From an uncultured Verrucomicrobiota bacterium (GTDB taxonomy: Bacteria > Verrucomicrobiota > Verrucomicrobiia > Limisphaerales > UBA1100), in NCBI GenBank assembly GCA_902551155.1, contig CACDBG010000004.1:1-62134 (forward strand): a stretch of DNA of 62,134 bases, in the 5' to 3' direction. Each line of letters opens with the position of its first letter. Positions within the stretch are counted from its first letter, which is position 1. A program made the translations under genes and the position numbers. The notes under the pieces are model-generated. The model was not told the DNA's origin. It searched no databases and was given only the letters and a program-made list of their open reading frames with translations. Positions 40,727 through 50,360 of this stretch are shown here, piece after piece.

Positions 40727-41262
40727 CTATCGGCTATTTTAAAATCTGGGTAATTAGCGTCCCTGTCTGAGACATTACTTAAGTCCAGAGGCCAGCAAAT
40801 ATTAAAAGCGGGATCATCATAGCGGACCCCACTATGGCTGTCCTCAACATAAGGTTTCGACATCAAATAATACATCTCCGAATCATCACACAATGTCTGA
40901 AACCCGTGAGCGCATCCTTCAGGCACAACTAGCATACTACGATTTTCTGCACTCAATTCCCGCCCGGACCACTGGCAATATGTAGGTGAATCGGGGCGCA
41001 AATCTAACACGACATCAAAAACAGCTCCCCTAAGGCAGCGCACTGCTTTCGTCTCTGAATACTCTCCATTTTGAAAATGCATTCCGCGTATCGTGCCGGC
41101 GAATTTACTCAACGAAATATTGGCCTGACTCAAGCTGTTTGTGATTCCATACGAAGCAAATTCTTCTTCGCACCACGCACGGGAGAAAAATCCTCGTTCA
41201 TCCTGAATCAATTCCATATCTACTATCCATGATCCCGCGATTTTAGTCTCTGTAAATTTCAT
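40723..41262 (-). CDS. rfbC: NDP-4-keto-6-deoxyglucose 3,5-epimerase (RmlC family)
   Basis: Motifs DERGFF.R, GTIRGMHFQ, DVVLDLRPDSPT and VPEGCAHGFQTL. Confidence 0.88.
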   Translation of the reverse strand: MKFTETKIAGSWIVDMELIQDERGFFSRAWCEEEFASYGITNSLSQANISLSKFAGTIRGMHFQNGEYSETKAVRCLRGAVFDVVLDLRPDSPTYCQWSGRELSAENRSMLVVPEGCAHGFQTLCDDSEMYYLMSKPYVEDSHSGVRYDDPAFNICWPLDLSNVSDRDANYPDFKIADR

Positions 41263-41288
41263 TATAATTCAGAGGCTCCGGTGACCCG

Positions 41289-42470
41289 TTACCATCCTTT
41301 GGATATCAGATCACATATGCGATGCACATCCTCTGCGATAATTTTATTATGGAGAGGCAGAACCAAATAATTATCTTGGATCCGGTCCATATTGGGATAC
41401 TCGTCATCAACAGCCGACTCCCGAAAAATAGAATAACGATCATTTCTGTAGTGCACCTGATTGCTTTCGATTCCTCGATCATATAACATTTTTTGCAGGT
41501 CTTTCCGCTTTTCTGCTAGTATTGTGCACAGCCAAGCTCCATGCTCATATCCTTGTTCTCCAGTAACGGCTCCGGAAAAAAATCTTACCCCATCGACACC
41601 CTTTAGCCTCTGCTCGTAAATTGAGAGTAAATTTCGGCGATGCTGTAGTACTGAGTTTACGTGAGGTAGAGCCGCAAGCCCAATAGATGCTGCCACGTCG
41701 GTCATTTGATATTTGTAGCCTATCTCCTTAATATCGTTGCCCCACACGCCCCCCAGTTTCTTTTCTCGCTCGATCCCAAACCAACGAAGTCTTTTAGCTT
41801 TTTCGATCAAGCCAGCATCCGTATCGTTAATAATCAGCATACCCCCATCCCCTGTGGTTATATGTTTGATCGCTTGAAATGAATACATTGTATAACGCGA
41901 CCAATGACTCATGGGGAGCCCTCTCCACCTAAGTCCAAGTGAATGAGCCCCATCCTGTATCACCGGAATTCCATATTCTTTTTCTATTGCACTAAGCTCA
42001 TCAAGGCCACAAGGCAGTCCGCCATAATGCACACAAACAATGGCTTTGGTTTTTTTATTAATCATCCCTCTAATTTGAGAAACATCCATATTCAGACTAT
42101 CTGACATTACGTCGACGAATCTAATCTTCACTCTTTCATGTAAAAGAGGGATGTTTGTCGCCGTACACGTAAACAGTGGAGCGATAACTTCTGAGTCAGC
42201 ATCTAATCCACACAGTTTGTAAGCAATGTGGAGCGCGTCCGTGCCAGCCCCTGTCGCTATTGCCGGAAAACCTGCCCCTTCCATTTCCGAAAATTTTTTC
42301 TCAAAAAGTTTTACTTTTGGGCCTTCTCCTATCCATCTTGAGCCCAATGTAGCGGCTACTTCACTAGATGCTTCAGGAGCAATAAAAGGATGAAACAAAA
42401 CTAATGTCCCATCCTCTTCTTTCAGAAGCGGCATCTCGGTGGGTTCATAATTATCTGGTTCAGTTGCCAT
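41289..42470 (-). CDS. DegT/DnrJ family sugar aminotransferase (perosamine-synthase-like candidate)
   Basis: Motifs WIGEGPKV..FE, VHYGG, DGAHSLG, YSFQAIKHITTGDGGM and GYKYQMTD. Confidence 0.88.
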   Translation of the reverse strand: MATEPDNYEPTEMPLLKEEDGTLVLFHPFIAPEASSEVAATLGSRWIGEGPKVKLFEKKFSEMEGAGFPAIATGAGTDALHIAYKLCGLDADSEVIAPLFTCTATNIPLLHERVKIRFVDVMSDSLNMDVSQIRGMINKKTKAIVCVHYGGLPCGLDELSAIEKEYGIPVIQDGAHSLGLRWRGLPMSHWSRYTMYSFQAIKHITTGDGGMLIINDTDAGLIEKAKRLRWFGIEREKKLGGVWGNDIKEIGYKYQMTDVAASIGLAALPHVNSVLQHRRNLLSIYEQRLKGVDGVRFFSGAVTGEQGYEHGAWLCTILAEKRKDLQKMLYDRGIESNQVHYRNDRYSIFRESAVDDEYPNMDRIQDNYLVLPLHNKIIAEDVHRICDLISKGW

Positions 42471-42934
42471 TAAATTTTCAGCTCCATTCTAATGGAATCG
42501 ATATTCTCTTTATAAGGAGTTTTGTTAGTGGCGACAAAACCCAAACCTTTGTATAATTCTTCTGCAATTGAATTATGACTCAGAACCTCCAGCCAAATGT
42601 TCTTAAACCCATTACTCCGCAGCACATCAAAAAACATGCAATACGCAGGCTTTGCCAAGCCTTGTCCTCTAAAACTTGGATGAATATCCATGCCAATCTG
42701 GATAGAGTGTGCCTGCTTCTCAATATAATTTGTACGAAAATAACCAAACCTTACATCGTTGGTTCTGACAATGAACCACCAGGGCCTGCTGGTTTTAAAC
42801 CACTCTTTGAACTCGTTCTTTGTAAAACACCGTGAATCATGAAGAAAAGCTCTCGTTGTTTCATCGTTGCGTATCTCAAGGACAAAGTCCGCATCATTTT
42901 CCTCCATTGGACAAATAGAAATCTCTTTACTCAC
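42470..42934 (-). CDS. GNAT family N-acetyltransferase (PseH-like)
   Basis: Motifs IHPSFRGQGLA and LEVLSHN..A..LY..LGF. Confidence 0.82.
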   Translation of the reverse strand: MSKEISICPMEENDADFVLEIRNDETTRAFLHDSRCFTKNEFKEWFKTSRPWWFIVRTNDVRFGYFRTNYIEKQAHSIQIGMDIHPSFRGQGLAKPAYCMFFDVLRSNGFKNIWLEVLSHNSIAEELYKGLGFVATNKTPYKENIDSIRMELKI

Positions 42935-44148
42935 ATTATTTCTGCAGACTTACACCGGTAGTTATATTGCTTAAGGCATAAAGCTGCAGTAACTATATTT
43001 ACAATAATATGAACTAAGATAAGACCCCATACTCCGTAAAATAATGCCAAAACTGCGGCTAAGGGTAAAAAAACCAAAGCCCTCTTTATCTCTAATTTCT
43101 GAGGAAATTCTCCATCATGCTGAAACTGCTCGTAAGCTAAATAAAAAGCCATCGGTATACTAAATATTATGCTAACGCAATATAACTGACCCAAACTAAT
43201 TGACTCCCTATAGCCCTCGCCAAACATCAGGGGAATAATCCATGTCAGCAGCAAAGCTATTATCGCAGCACCCATCACTCCCCCTAAAAGCATCACGTGA
43301 ATTTTTTTCTTTATCCTCTCTAAATTCTTCTCTTCTGTAAGCTTGCCCCAGTCAGCACATACCACTCCCAATAAAACCTTGGAACTTCCCATAGCTCTTT
43401 GTGGCAGTAAAATGGCTATATGGTATACAGCCAATACTGCTGGGCTTATTATTGACAAGATGATTCGATCTATCTGTGAGGTAATAAGAGTAAACGCCCC
43501 CACTCCTACTTGCCGCCATCCTTGACGCATTAAGCTATCCTCCAACTCCGGGTCGGGAGGAGACTCGGACAGTTTCTTTTTAACCCAAAAATATCCAACT
43601 GCAATCGTAAGGGATTTGGCTGCTAAGAATCCAATGAATACCCATTCGGTTTGCTTTATGGTAAGGGCCATAGAAGCGGTAAAAACAAATGTCAGAACTG
43701 CTCCGATTAACGCCAAAAAACGACTTAATCGGTATTCGCCCTTGCCAATCAAGGCACTATCAATTCCCTGAAAACCGCTCAAGGGTATACTCGCGGCAAT
43801 AAGCAGTAGAAAACCACACTTGGCGGTGAGCCCTCCCTCAATAATAAATAATACCAGACCTCCTATGAACACAAGCACACCGCCTCCTATAGAAGAAACC
43901 ACTGCTTTCTTTTGTGCCCACCAATAAACCCGATCGTAATTTTTGAGGCATCCTCTCGTGATCGCAACATTCATCCCTGGCAGACCGAATGAAGCACCTG
44001 CCGCAGCCCAAGCTATCAGGGCATGATAGCTCCCAAAATCCTCTACATCCATGGACCGGGCCAAAACTATATTCGCTGCAAAATTAACTGTGACAATCAG
44101 AATTTGAATGCCAGAAATCCAAATCGTCTTCCTAAGCACCTCATTCAA
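42931..44148 (-). CDS. wzx: Wzx-type O-antigen flippase
   Basis: Motifs LARSM.VEDFG.Y, QIDRIIL, A.Y.IA and IPLMFGEGY; about 11-12 TM helices. Confidence 0.8.
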   Translation of the reverse strand: MNEVLRKTIWISGIQILIVTVNFAANIVLARSMDVEDFGSYHALIAWAAAGASFGLPGMNVAITRGCLKNYDRVYWWAQKKAVVSSIGGGVLVFIGGLVLFIIEGGLTAKCGFLLLIAASIPLSGFQGIDSALIGKGEYRLSRFLALIGAVLTFVFTASMALTIKQTEWVFIGFLAAKSLTIAVGYFWVKKKLSESPPDPELEDSLMRQGWRQVGVGAFTLITSQIDRIILSIISPAVLAVYHIAILLPQRAMGSSKVLLGVVCADWGKLTEEKNLERIKKKIHVMLLGGVMGAAIIALLLTWIIPLMFGEGYRESISLGQLYCVSIIFSIPMAFYLAYEQFQHDGEFPQKLEIKRALVFLPLAAVLALFYGVWGLILVHIIVNIVTAALCLKQYNYRCKSAEIM

Positions 44149-44177
44149 TTTGTATCTCCTTTAAACAACTGGCGTAG

Positions 44178-45290
44178 CTATAAGAGATTTCGTTTATATC
44201 CACATATCGACTCAGTCACTTTTTTCTGCTCCTCCTCAGCCAAATAAGCACTCATCGGAAGACTGAGGCATTTCTTAGAAATTTCTTCTGTTACTGGAAA
44301 ATTTTTCTTATCAAAACCTAAACTAGTAAAAACTTCCTGAGCATATAAAGGAGTGGAATAATATGCGACTGAAGGAATACCTAAATTCCCGAGATGACTG
44401 CTTAACTCATCCCGATCATTTACCAAAATTGTGTACTGCGCGTATACAGAAGTACAATCCCGCAAAATAAATGGTACCGTTAATTTTCCCTCACTAAGAG
44501 GCTCGAACGAAGCATTGTATCGATTAGCTATTTTTTGACGACGGCCAACTTCATCTGGAAATACGTCAAACGCAGCTAAAATTGCCGCTGCTTGAATGGT
44601 GTCTAATCTTCCATTTAAGCCGAGGACAGGGTGGTGATGTTTGCGAGCCTGTCCATGTACCCTAATCCATCTGAATTTTTCTGCGAGCTCATCATTGTCA
44701 GTGAAAATTGCTCCAGCATCACCAAATCCACCCAATGGTTTTGAAGGGAAAAAAGAAGTGCTTCCGATTGTCGACAGCCCGCAAGATTTCCGCCCCTTGT
44801 ATGTAGCCCCAAAGCTCTGGGCAGCATCTTCAATAACCGGAATACCAAAACGACCAGCGATCTCATTAATGGGATCCATATCCGGAGGCTGGCCATAGAT
44901 GCCAACTGGAATAATTGCTTTTGTGCGCTCAGTAATGGCTTGTTCAAGCAAAACCGGATCCAAATTCCATGTCCGGCTGTCTATATCAACAAAAACGGTT
45001 TTTGCCCCAGCTAAAGAGATAACTTCCGCCGTTGAGATCCAGGTATACGGCACTGTGATTACCTCATCATCCGTGCCTACTCCCAAGGCCATTAAGGAAA
45101 TCAACAGGGAATCTGTTCCGCTTGAAACCCCCACACAATGCTTGACCCCCACATACTTGGCCAGAGCTACTTCCAGCTCAGTCACCTCAGGCCCTAGAAT
45201 ATACTGACCATGGTCAAGCACCGTCGCAATACGCGAATTCACTTTTTCCCTGATTCGGGCTAGTCTCGATTCAAGATCAATGAAGTGCAT
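44178..45290 (-). CDS. wbpE: DegT family aminotransferase (WbpE/WlbC-like, UDP-3-oxo-GlcNAcA aminotransferase)
   Basis: Motifs FIDL, HGQYILGPEV, IEDAAQSFGA, TSFFPSKPLG, HGQ and NGRLDTIQAA. Confidence 0.8.
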   Translation of the reverse strand: MHFIDLESRLARIREKVNSRIATVLDHGQYILGPEVTELEVALAKYVGVKHCVGVSSGTDSLLISLMALGVGTDDEVITVPYTWISTAEVISLAGAKTVFVDIDSRTWNLDPVLLEQAITERTKAIIPVGIYGQPPDMDPINEIAGRFGIPVIEDAAQSFGATYKGRKSCGLSTIGSTSFFPSKPLGGFGDAGAIFTDNDELAEKFRWIRVHGQARKHHHPVLGLNGRLDTIQAAAILAAFDVFPDEVGRRQKIANRYNASFEPLSEGKLTVPFILRDCTSVYAQYTILVNDRDELSSHLGNLGIPSVAYYSTPLYAQEVFTSLGFDKKNFPVTEEISKKCLSLPMSAYLAEEEQKKVTESICGYKRNLL

Positions 45291-46615
45291 CAGAAAGATG
45301 ATCGGCCGATGGAGTGATATTCAATGCCGGCATCAGCTACCATCTTTGGATCATACAAGTTGCGGCCATCAAAAATAATGGGAGTTCTAAGCATTTCTTT
45401 TATTCTGAAAAAATCTGGACTACGAAATACCTTCCATTCAGTCACGATAGCCAGCGCCTCACTTCCTTCGAGGGCTTTATAAGGCTCATCACAATATTCG
45501 ATTGAGCTCTCGTCTCCGAGAGCCGCTTTCGCAGCATCCATTGCCTCGGGATCATAAGCTCTGACTTTAGCTCCCGATCTTAAAAGAGCCCTTATCAGAA
45601 CCAAGCTAGCAGCTTCCCGCATGTCGTCTGTGTTGGGCTTAAAAGAAAGGCCCCAGATTGCAATGACCTTTTCGGAAAGATCATAGAATCGTTTTTCAAT
45701 TTTTTCATAGAGCACTTCTTTCTGTGCCTCATTAACTGCATCAACTGCCGGTAAAATACGCGGCTGGTACCCAGAGGTTTGCGCTGTTTGCTCGATAGCT
45801 CGTACATCTTTCGGAAAACAGGACCCCCCATATCCGCATCCGGGATAAATAAAGGAGTAGCCAATTCGAGAATCAGATCCAATGCCGAGTCGTACTTGCT
45901 CAATATCAGCACCCACACATTCTGCGATATTTGCCATCTCATTCATAAAACTGATTTTCGTGGCCAACATTGCATTGGCGGCATATTTAGTGAGTTCGGC
46001 AGAACGCACATCCATAGAAAATATGCGTTCATGGTTGCGGTTAAAAGGCGCATATAACTCCCGAAGCAGCTGTTCAGCACGAGCCTCATTCGTGCCGATT
46101 ACAATACGATCGGGCTTCATGAAGTCAGAGACTGCGTCTCCTTCTTTAAGAAACTCGGGATTGGAAGCCACGGTAAATTCAATATCCGCATTCCTTTTCT
46201 GCAGCTCATTAGTAATAGCTTTAGAAACTTTATCTGCTGTGCCTACCGGCACCGTTGATTTATCGACCACAACCACATAATCCTCTATGTGTTTGCCGAT
46301 GCTGCGCGCCACATCCAATACGTAGGTCAAATCCGCAGAACCATCTTCTGCAGGGGGAGTGCCAACCGCAATAAACTGCAAAATTCCATGTGCTGCCGCC
46401 TCAACTACATCGGTGGTAAACCTAAGACGCCCCTCTTCGCAGCCCTTAAGAATAATTTTGGAAAGACCTGGTTCGTAAATAGGAATCTCACCGCGGTTAA
46501 GAGCTACAACTCGGTCTTCATCAATATCCACACAAAGAACATCATTACCCACATCAGCGAGGCAAGCGCCGGTAACTAATCCGACATAACCTGCTCCATA
46601 AATTGTAACTTTCAT
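45290..46615 (-). CDS. ugd: UDP-glucose 6-dehydrogenase
   Basis: Motifs [41 protein letters not shown] and FKPNTDDMR. Confidence 0.93.
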   Translation of the reverse strand: MKVTIYGAGYVGLVTGACLADVGNDVLCVDIDEDRVVALNRGEIPIYEPGLSKIILKGCEEGRLRFTTDVVEAAAHGILQFIAVGTPPAEDGSADLTYVLDVARSIGKHIEDYVVVVDKSTVPVGTADKVSKAITNELQKRNADIEFTVASNPEFLKEGDAVSDFMKPDRIVIGTNEARAEQLLRELYAPFNRNHERIFSMDVRSAELTKYAANAMLATKISFMNEMANIAECVGADIEQVRLGIGSDSRIGYSFIYPGCGYGGSCFPKDVRAIEQTAQTSGYQPRILPAVDAVNEAQKEVLYEKIEKRFYDLSEKVIAIWGLSFKPNTDDMREAASLVLIRALLRSGAKVRAYDPEAMDAAKAALGDESSIEYCDEPYKALEGSEALAIVTEWKVFRSPDFFRIKEMLRTPIIFDGRNLYDPKMVADAGIEYHSIGRSSF

Positions 46616-47619
46616 CTCTTTTTTCTTCTCTTATACCAATCGACCGTAAGCTCAAGGCCTTCCTTCAAGGCATGAGTCGGATCAAAGCCTAGGTCACATT
46701 TAGCCGCACTTATGTCAGCTAAAGAATGCCGCACGTCCCCTTCTCGTAAAGGCCGATATTCCGGAAGATGGTCATTGCTAGTCAAAACTCGTAATGCTTT
46801 ATGTAATGAATTTAAAGTAGTGCGCGCCCCAACTGCCACATTGTACACTCTCCCCGGGGCAGATTTAATCGTTGCAGCCAACAGGTTTGCCTGAACTACA
46901 TTTTCTACATAACAAAAATCACGGCTGGTTCTTCCGTCCCCATAAATATATGTAGACTTACCCTTTAAGAGTCCTATCATCCATTGTGGAATAACTGCAG
47001 CGTATGGACCATTTGGATCCTGTCTCGGTCCAAATACATTAAAATAACGCAAGCCAACTATTTTCTGATTATATCCGCTCTCAAAAACCCCGGCATACAA
47101 TTCATCCACCGCTTTACTTACTGCATAAGGAGAGAGAACGGCGCCCGTTTTGCCTTCCTTTTTAGGAAGCGTCTTTTCATCTCCATACACTGAACTGCTG
47201 GACGCATACACAACACGTTTTACTTTTGCTTTTTGGGCCGCCAATAAAATTTGCAGAAAACCTGTTGTATTTGCCATATGTGTCGAAAGCGGATCAGCAA
47301 AAGATCGAGGGACAGACCCCAGTGCTGCCTGGTGTAATACGAAATCTACCCCTCTACACGCACGAGCACAATCGGACTTAGAAGTAATATCGCCCTCTAT
47401 AAAGCAAAAATTGCGCCTCTCTTTGGAGCTCAAAGATTGCTGTAAATCATCCAAGTTCGCCTGATAGCCCGTTGCAAAGTTATCAAGCCCCACAACCTTT
47501 TGGTTTAATTGAAGGAGCTTTTCAACTACATGGGAACCGATGAACCCGGCAGCCCCTGTCACCAGCCATTTTTTTTGCGTTCGCCCCAGCTTGCGCTGTA
47601 GTTTTTCGTAAGCGGTCAA
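46612..47619 (-). CDS. wbpP: UDP-GlcNAc(A) 4-epimerase (WbpP/TviC-like SDR)
   Basis: Motifs [40 protein letters not shown] and [20 protein letters not shown]. Confidence 0.85.
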   Translation of the reverse strand: MTAYEKLQRKLGRTQKKWLVTGAAGFIGSHVVEKLLQLNQKVVGLDNFATGYQANLDDLQQSLSSKERRNFCFIEGDITSKSDCARACRGVDFVLHQAALGSVPRSFADPLSTHMANTTGFLQILLAAQKAKVKRVVYASSSSVYGDEKTLPKKEGKTGAVLSPYAVSKAVDELYAGVFESGYNQKIVGLRYFNVFGPRQDPNGPYAAVIPQWMIGLLKGKSTYIYGDGRTSRDFCYVENVVQANLLAATIKSAPGRVYNVAVGARTTLNSLHKALRVLTSNDHLPEYRPLREGDVRHSLADISAAKCDLGFDPTHALKEGLELTVDWYKRRKKR

Positions 47620-48656
47620 TCTGCTTCTCTTCTAACTAAATCCAAATCCGCAACTGCCATTTCCTCAACAAGTTCTTCAAAAGTGGTCTTAGGAGCCCAG
47701 CCCAATTCTTGTTTTGCCTTGGTCGGATCACCTAAAAGGGTGGATACCTCTGCGGGCCGATAATAGCGTGGGTCCACTTTTACAATTGATTTGTTATCGT
47801 AAAACCCTACCTCTTGCTCTCCCTCTCCTTCCCACTTTATCTCCATGTCCAGAGCCTTGGCTGTCGCATTTACAAAATCTCTAACGCTATGCTGGGTGCC
47901 TGTTGCAATCACATAATCCTTGGGCTTTGATTGTTGCAACATAAGCCACTGCGCCTCAACAAAATCTCGGGCGTGACCCCAGTCACGCTTGGCATTCATA
48001 TTTCCCAAATACAAACATTCTTGAGTTCCCAGCTTTATTCTCGCCATGCCTCGAGTTATTTTACGGGTAACAAAGGTCTCCCCGCGTCGGGGGCTCTCAT
48101 GGTTGAATAATATACCATTACAGGCATACGCATTATACGCTTCGCGATAGTTAACCGCTGTCCAATAAGCGAATTGCTTCGCAATCCCATAAGGGCTTCT
48201 GGGATGAAATGGCGTAGTTTCTTTTTGAGGCACTTCCTGCGCCAAACCAAACAACTCTGATGTACTTGCCTGATAAAAACGCACTTGCTCTTGAAGGTTT
48301 AGTAGGCGTATTGATTCCAACATTCGCAGAGCGCCCAATGCATCACAATCTGCAGTATATTCAGGTTCTTGAAAGCTCACTGCCACGTGGGATTGCGCAG
48401 CTAAATTATATATTTCATCGGGCTGTGCTAACTCGATAATTCGAGTCAAACATGTTGAGTCGGTCATGTCTCCATAATGAAGAATCAGGTTTACTCCCCT
48501 CTCATGGGGATCCTTGTAGAGATGGTCAATTCTACCGGTGTTAAAAGAAGATGCTCTACGCCTAATCCCGTGTACTTCATACCCCTTATCGAGAAGTAGT
48601 TCAGCCAAATAGGACCCATCCTGACCCGTTATTCCGGTAATAATTGCCTTCTTCAT
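47616..48656 (-). CDS. gmd: GDP-mannose 4,6-dehydratase
   Basis: Motifs [48 protein letters not shown] and RDWGHA. Confidence 0.96.
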   Translation of the reverse strand: MKKAIITGITGQDGSYLAELLLDKGYEVHGIRRRASSFNTGRIDHLYKDPHERGVNLILHYGDMTDSTCLTRIIELAQPDEIYNLAAQSHVAVSFQEPEYTADCDALGALRMLESIRLLNLQEQVRFYQASTSELFGLAQEVPQKETTPFHPRSPYGIAKQFAYWTAVNYREAYNAYACNGILFNHESPRRGETFVTRKITRGMARIKLGTQECLYLGNMNAKRDWGHARDFVEAQWLMLQQSKPKDYVIATGTQHSVRDFVNATAKALDMEIKWEGEGEQEVGFYDNKSIVKVDPRYYRPAEVSTLLGDPTKAKQELGWAPKTTFEELVEEMAVADLDLVRREAD

Positions 48657-48702
48657 TAGTTGGAACTAAGAGAAATCAACCTCAAACGCTTATTCAAAAA
48701 GA

Positions 48703-48740
48703 CAACGCTTCGCGCCCGTCGATTCTGTTTTGCGATCGAC
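48703..48740 (-). promoter_or_regulatory. Candidate JUMPstart/ops-like leader element of the polysaccharide operon
   Basis: The coding strand reads GTCGAT-N11-ATCGAC (hairpin) immediately followed by GGGCGCGAAGCGTTG, about 45 nt before the first gene (gmd). Confidence 0.4.
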
Positions 48741-48854
48741 TCTCCCCCCAAAAAGTCTTTTTCGAATTGTTCAAAAAAATGAACCTACAAACTATTTCGT
48801 CAAAACAAGGTTAAAATCAAGCAAATGCCATTTACACCCTAGGGAAAAATGGGG

Positions 48855-50054
48855 CTAGGGACGAGCATCCACGCACACAAGGTTGCCCGCAGCATTTCTA
48901 GCATAAATTCGGCCGCCAGAATAAACCGGAACAGTCCAGCAGCGACCTCGCAAGATTTGGGCTTCTGTCGCAGGCTTAAACCCCTTGGGCGAAGCCGCCC
49001 CAAGAGCTAGATTGCCGGTTTCACCTAGAACTAGGAGTTTATCTTGTACTGCCATAAGCGATCCGCAGCGGTACCCCTCCTGCCGCCATTGCACCTTACC
49101 ATCGGCAAATTTCATGCAAACAAGCTGCTTGGGGCCAGCTTGATGCGTATTCCCATCAAAGCCATACAAATATTCCCCCAATAAAACTGAATTATTCATG
49201 TGGTTACTCATATTTTTATTTGTATAGATTTGGCGAAGATTCTTTCCGTCAAACTCATATAAAGCACAACCACGACGGTACCCAGTAGATATAAATATTT
49301 TGTTGCCCACGGCAATAGGGGTGGTGGAATTAGTACGAAATGAAGTACGCCAGTCCTGAAAAGCAACGGTTTTCCCTGTTTTAGCATCAAGAATAACCAG
49401 TCCATCAGTTTTAAGCGTGGCGAGATACATTTGCTTTTCGAACTCAAAGGCCACCGGCGAGCCGTAGGCAGGCTTATACACCTGGCTACGCCATATTTCC
49501 TTGCCAGTACTTTTATCAAGCGCACAGGTAAACGTGGCTTCCACAATTAATATATCCCCCAAGATCAAGGGAGAGGCAGCGAATCCCCATTCTGGAGGGC
49601 GAGGCAGTTCCGCTTTTTCCATGAGATCAACTACCCAGTGTTTTTTACCCGAATCAATATCATAGCTGACCAGTCGCCCGGACTTGCTCAAACCATACAC
49701 GCGTTTGCCATCAACCGTAGGAGAAGCACAAGGGCCACCTTCGTGCAAATAATCAACCAAGGCTGCTGGATATGTGTCCTGCCATAATGTTTTTCCGGTT
49801 TCCTTACTAATACAATAGAAAGTCTCTTTATTACCGTTTTTATTGCCTGAACAACCCAAAGCAAAAACTCGACCGCCGGAAACTGCTAAACTGGAAAACC
49901 CAACCCCTATATCTTTACGCCAAAGAATCTTACTAAAGTTTGGACGCGGAGGTTGTTCTTTTGAAATTCCGTCGTGGTCAGGGCCTCTCCAATTTGGCCA
50001 ATCCGCTCCTTTAACCGTAAATATAACCACCAAGAAAATAAAAAATACCCGCAT
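48855..50054 (-). CDS. PQQ-like beta-propeller repeat protein (BamB-like, PVC-expanded family)
   Basis: Signal peptide followed by DWPNWRGP, repeated D..TGK..W units and a C-terminal WTVPV...GRIYAR. Confidence 0.85.
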   Translation of the reverse strand: MRVFFIFLVVIFTVKGADWPNWRGPDHDGISKEQPPRPNFSKILWRKDIGVGFSSLAVSGGRVFALGCSGNKNGNKETFYCISKETGKTLWQDTYPAALVDYLHEGGPCASPTVDGKRVYGLSKSGRLVSYDIDSGKKHWVVDLMEKAELPRPPEWGFAASPLILGDILIVEATFTCALDKSTGKEIWRSQVYKPAYGSPVAFEFEKQMYLATLKTDGLVILDAKTGKTVAFQDWRTSFRTNSTTPIAVGNKIFISTGYRRGCALYEFDGKNLRQIYTNKNMSNHMNNSVLLGEYLYGFDGNTHQAGPKQLVCMKFADGKVQWRQEGYRCGSLMAVQDKLLVLGETGNLALGAASPKGFKPATEAQILRGRCWTVPVYSGGRIYARNAAGNLVCVDARP

Positions 50055-50360
50055 AGCTAGGGCCTATAGTTGGGGTAAGTTCATAAAAAAGCACGATATT
50101 GTGGCATTTTGTGTGTGTATAATGTGCGGATAAGCCCTTGCCCTTTAGATCTGCAATTATAAAAACCCTGTTTTTACGAGGTTTTCTAGGCCTATAAGCC
50201 GAAACTGTAATGGGAATAAAGTCTCCACAAATAATGAATAATCAGTGAATTGATTGATTATTCTGTTGGATTTCTCCCCATAAAAGCCCTATTAGAAGCC
50301 ATTGTATGCCTAAAATGATGAATTTGGGTATAATTCGTGTTAACCTGATTCTTTGCAGTT

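Larger units (their letters stand above)
3154..48656 (-). other. Surface polysaccharide (O-antigen/capsule) biosynthesis and export locus, compositionally mosaic
   Basis: About 40 mostly co-directional, tightly packed genes for nucleotide-sugar synthesis, glycosyltransferases, Wzx/Wzy/Wzz-like and SLBB export proteins. The core (~20.5-31.6 kb) is visibly AT-rich. Confidence 0.92.
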
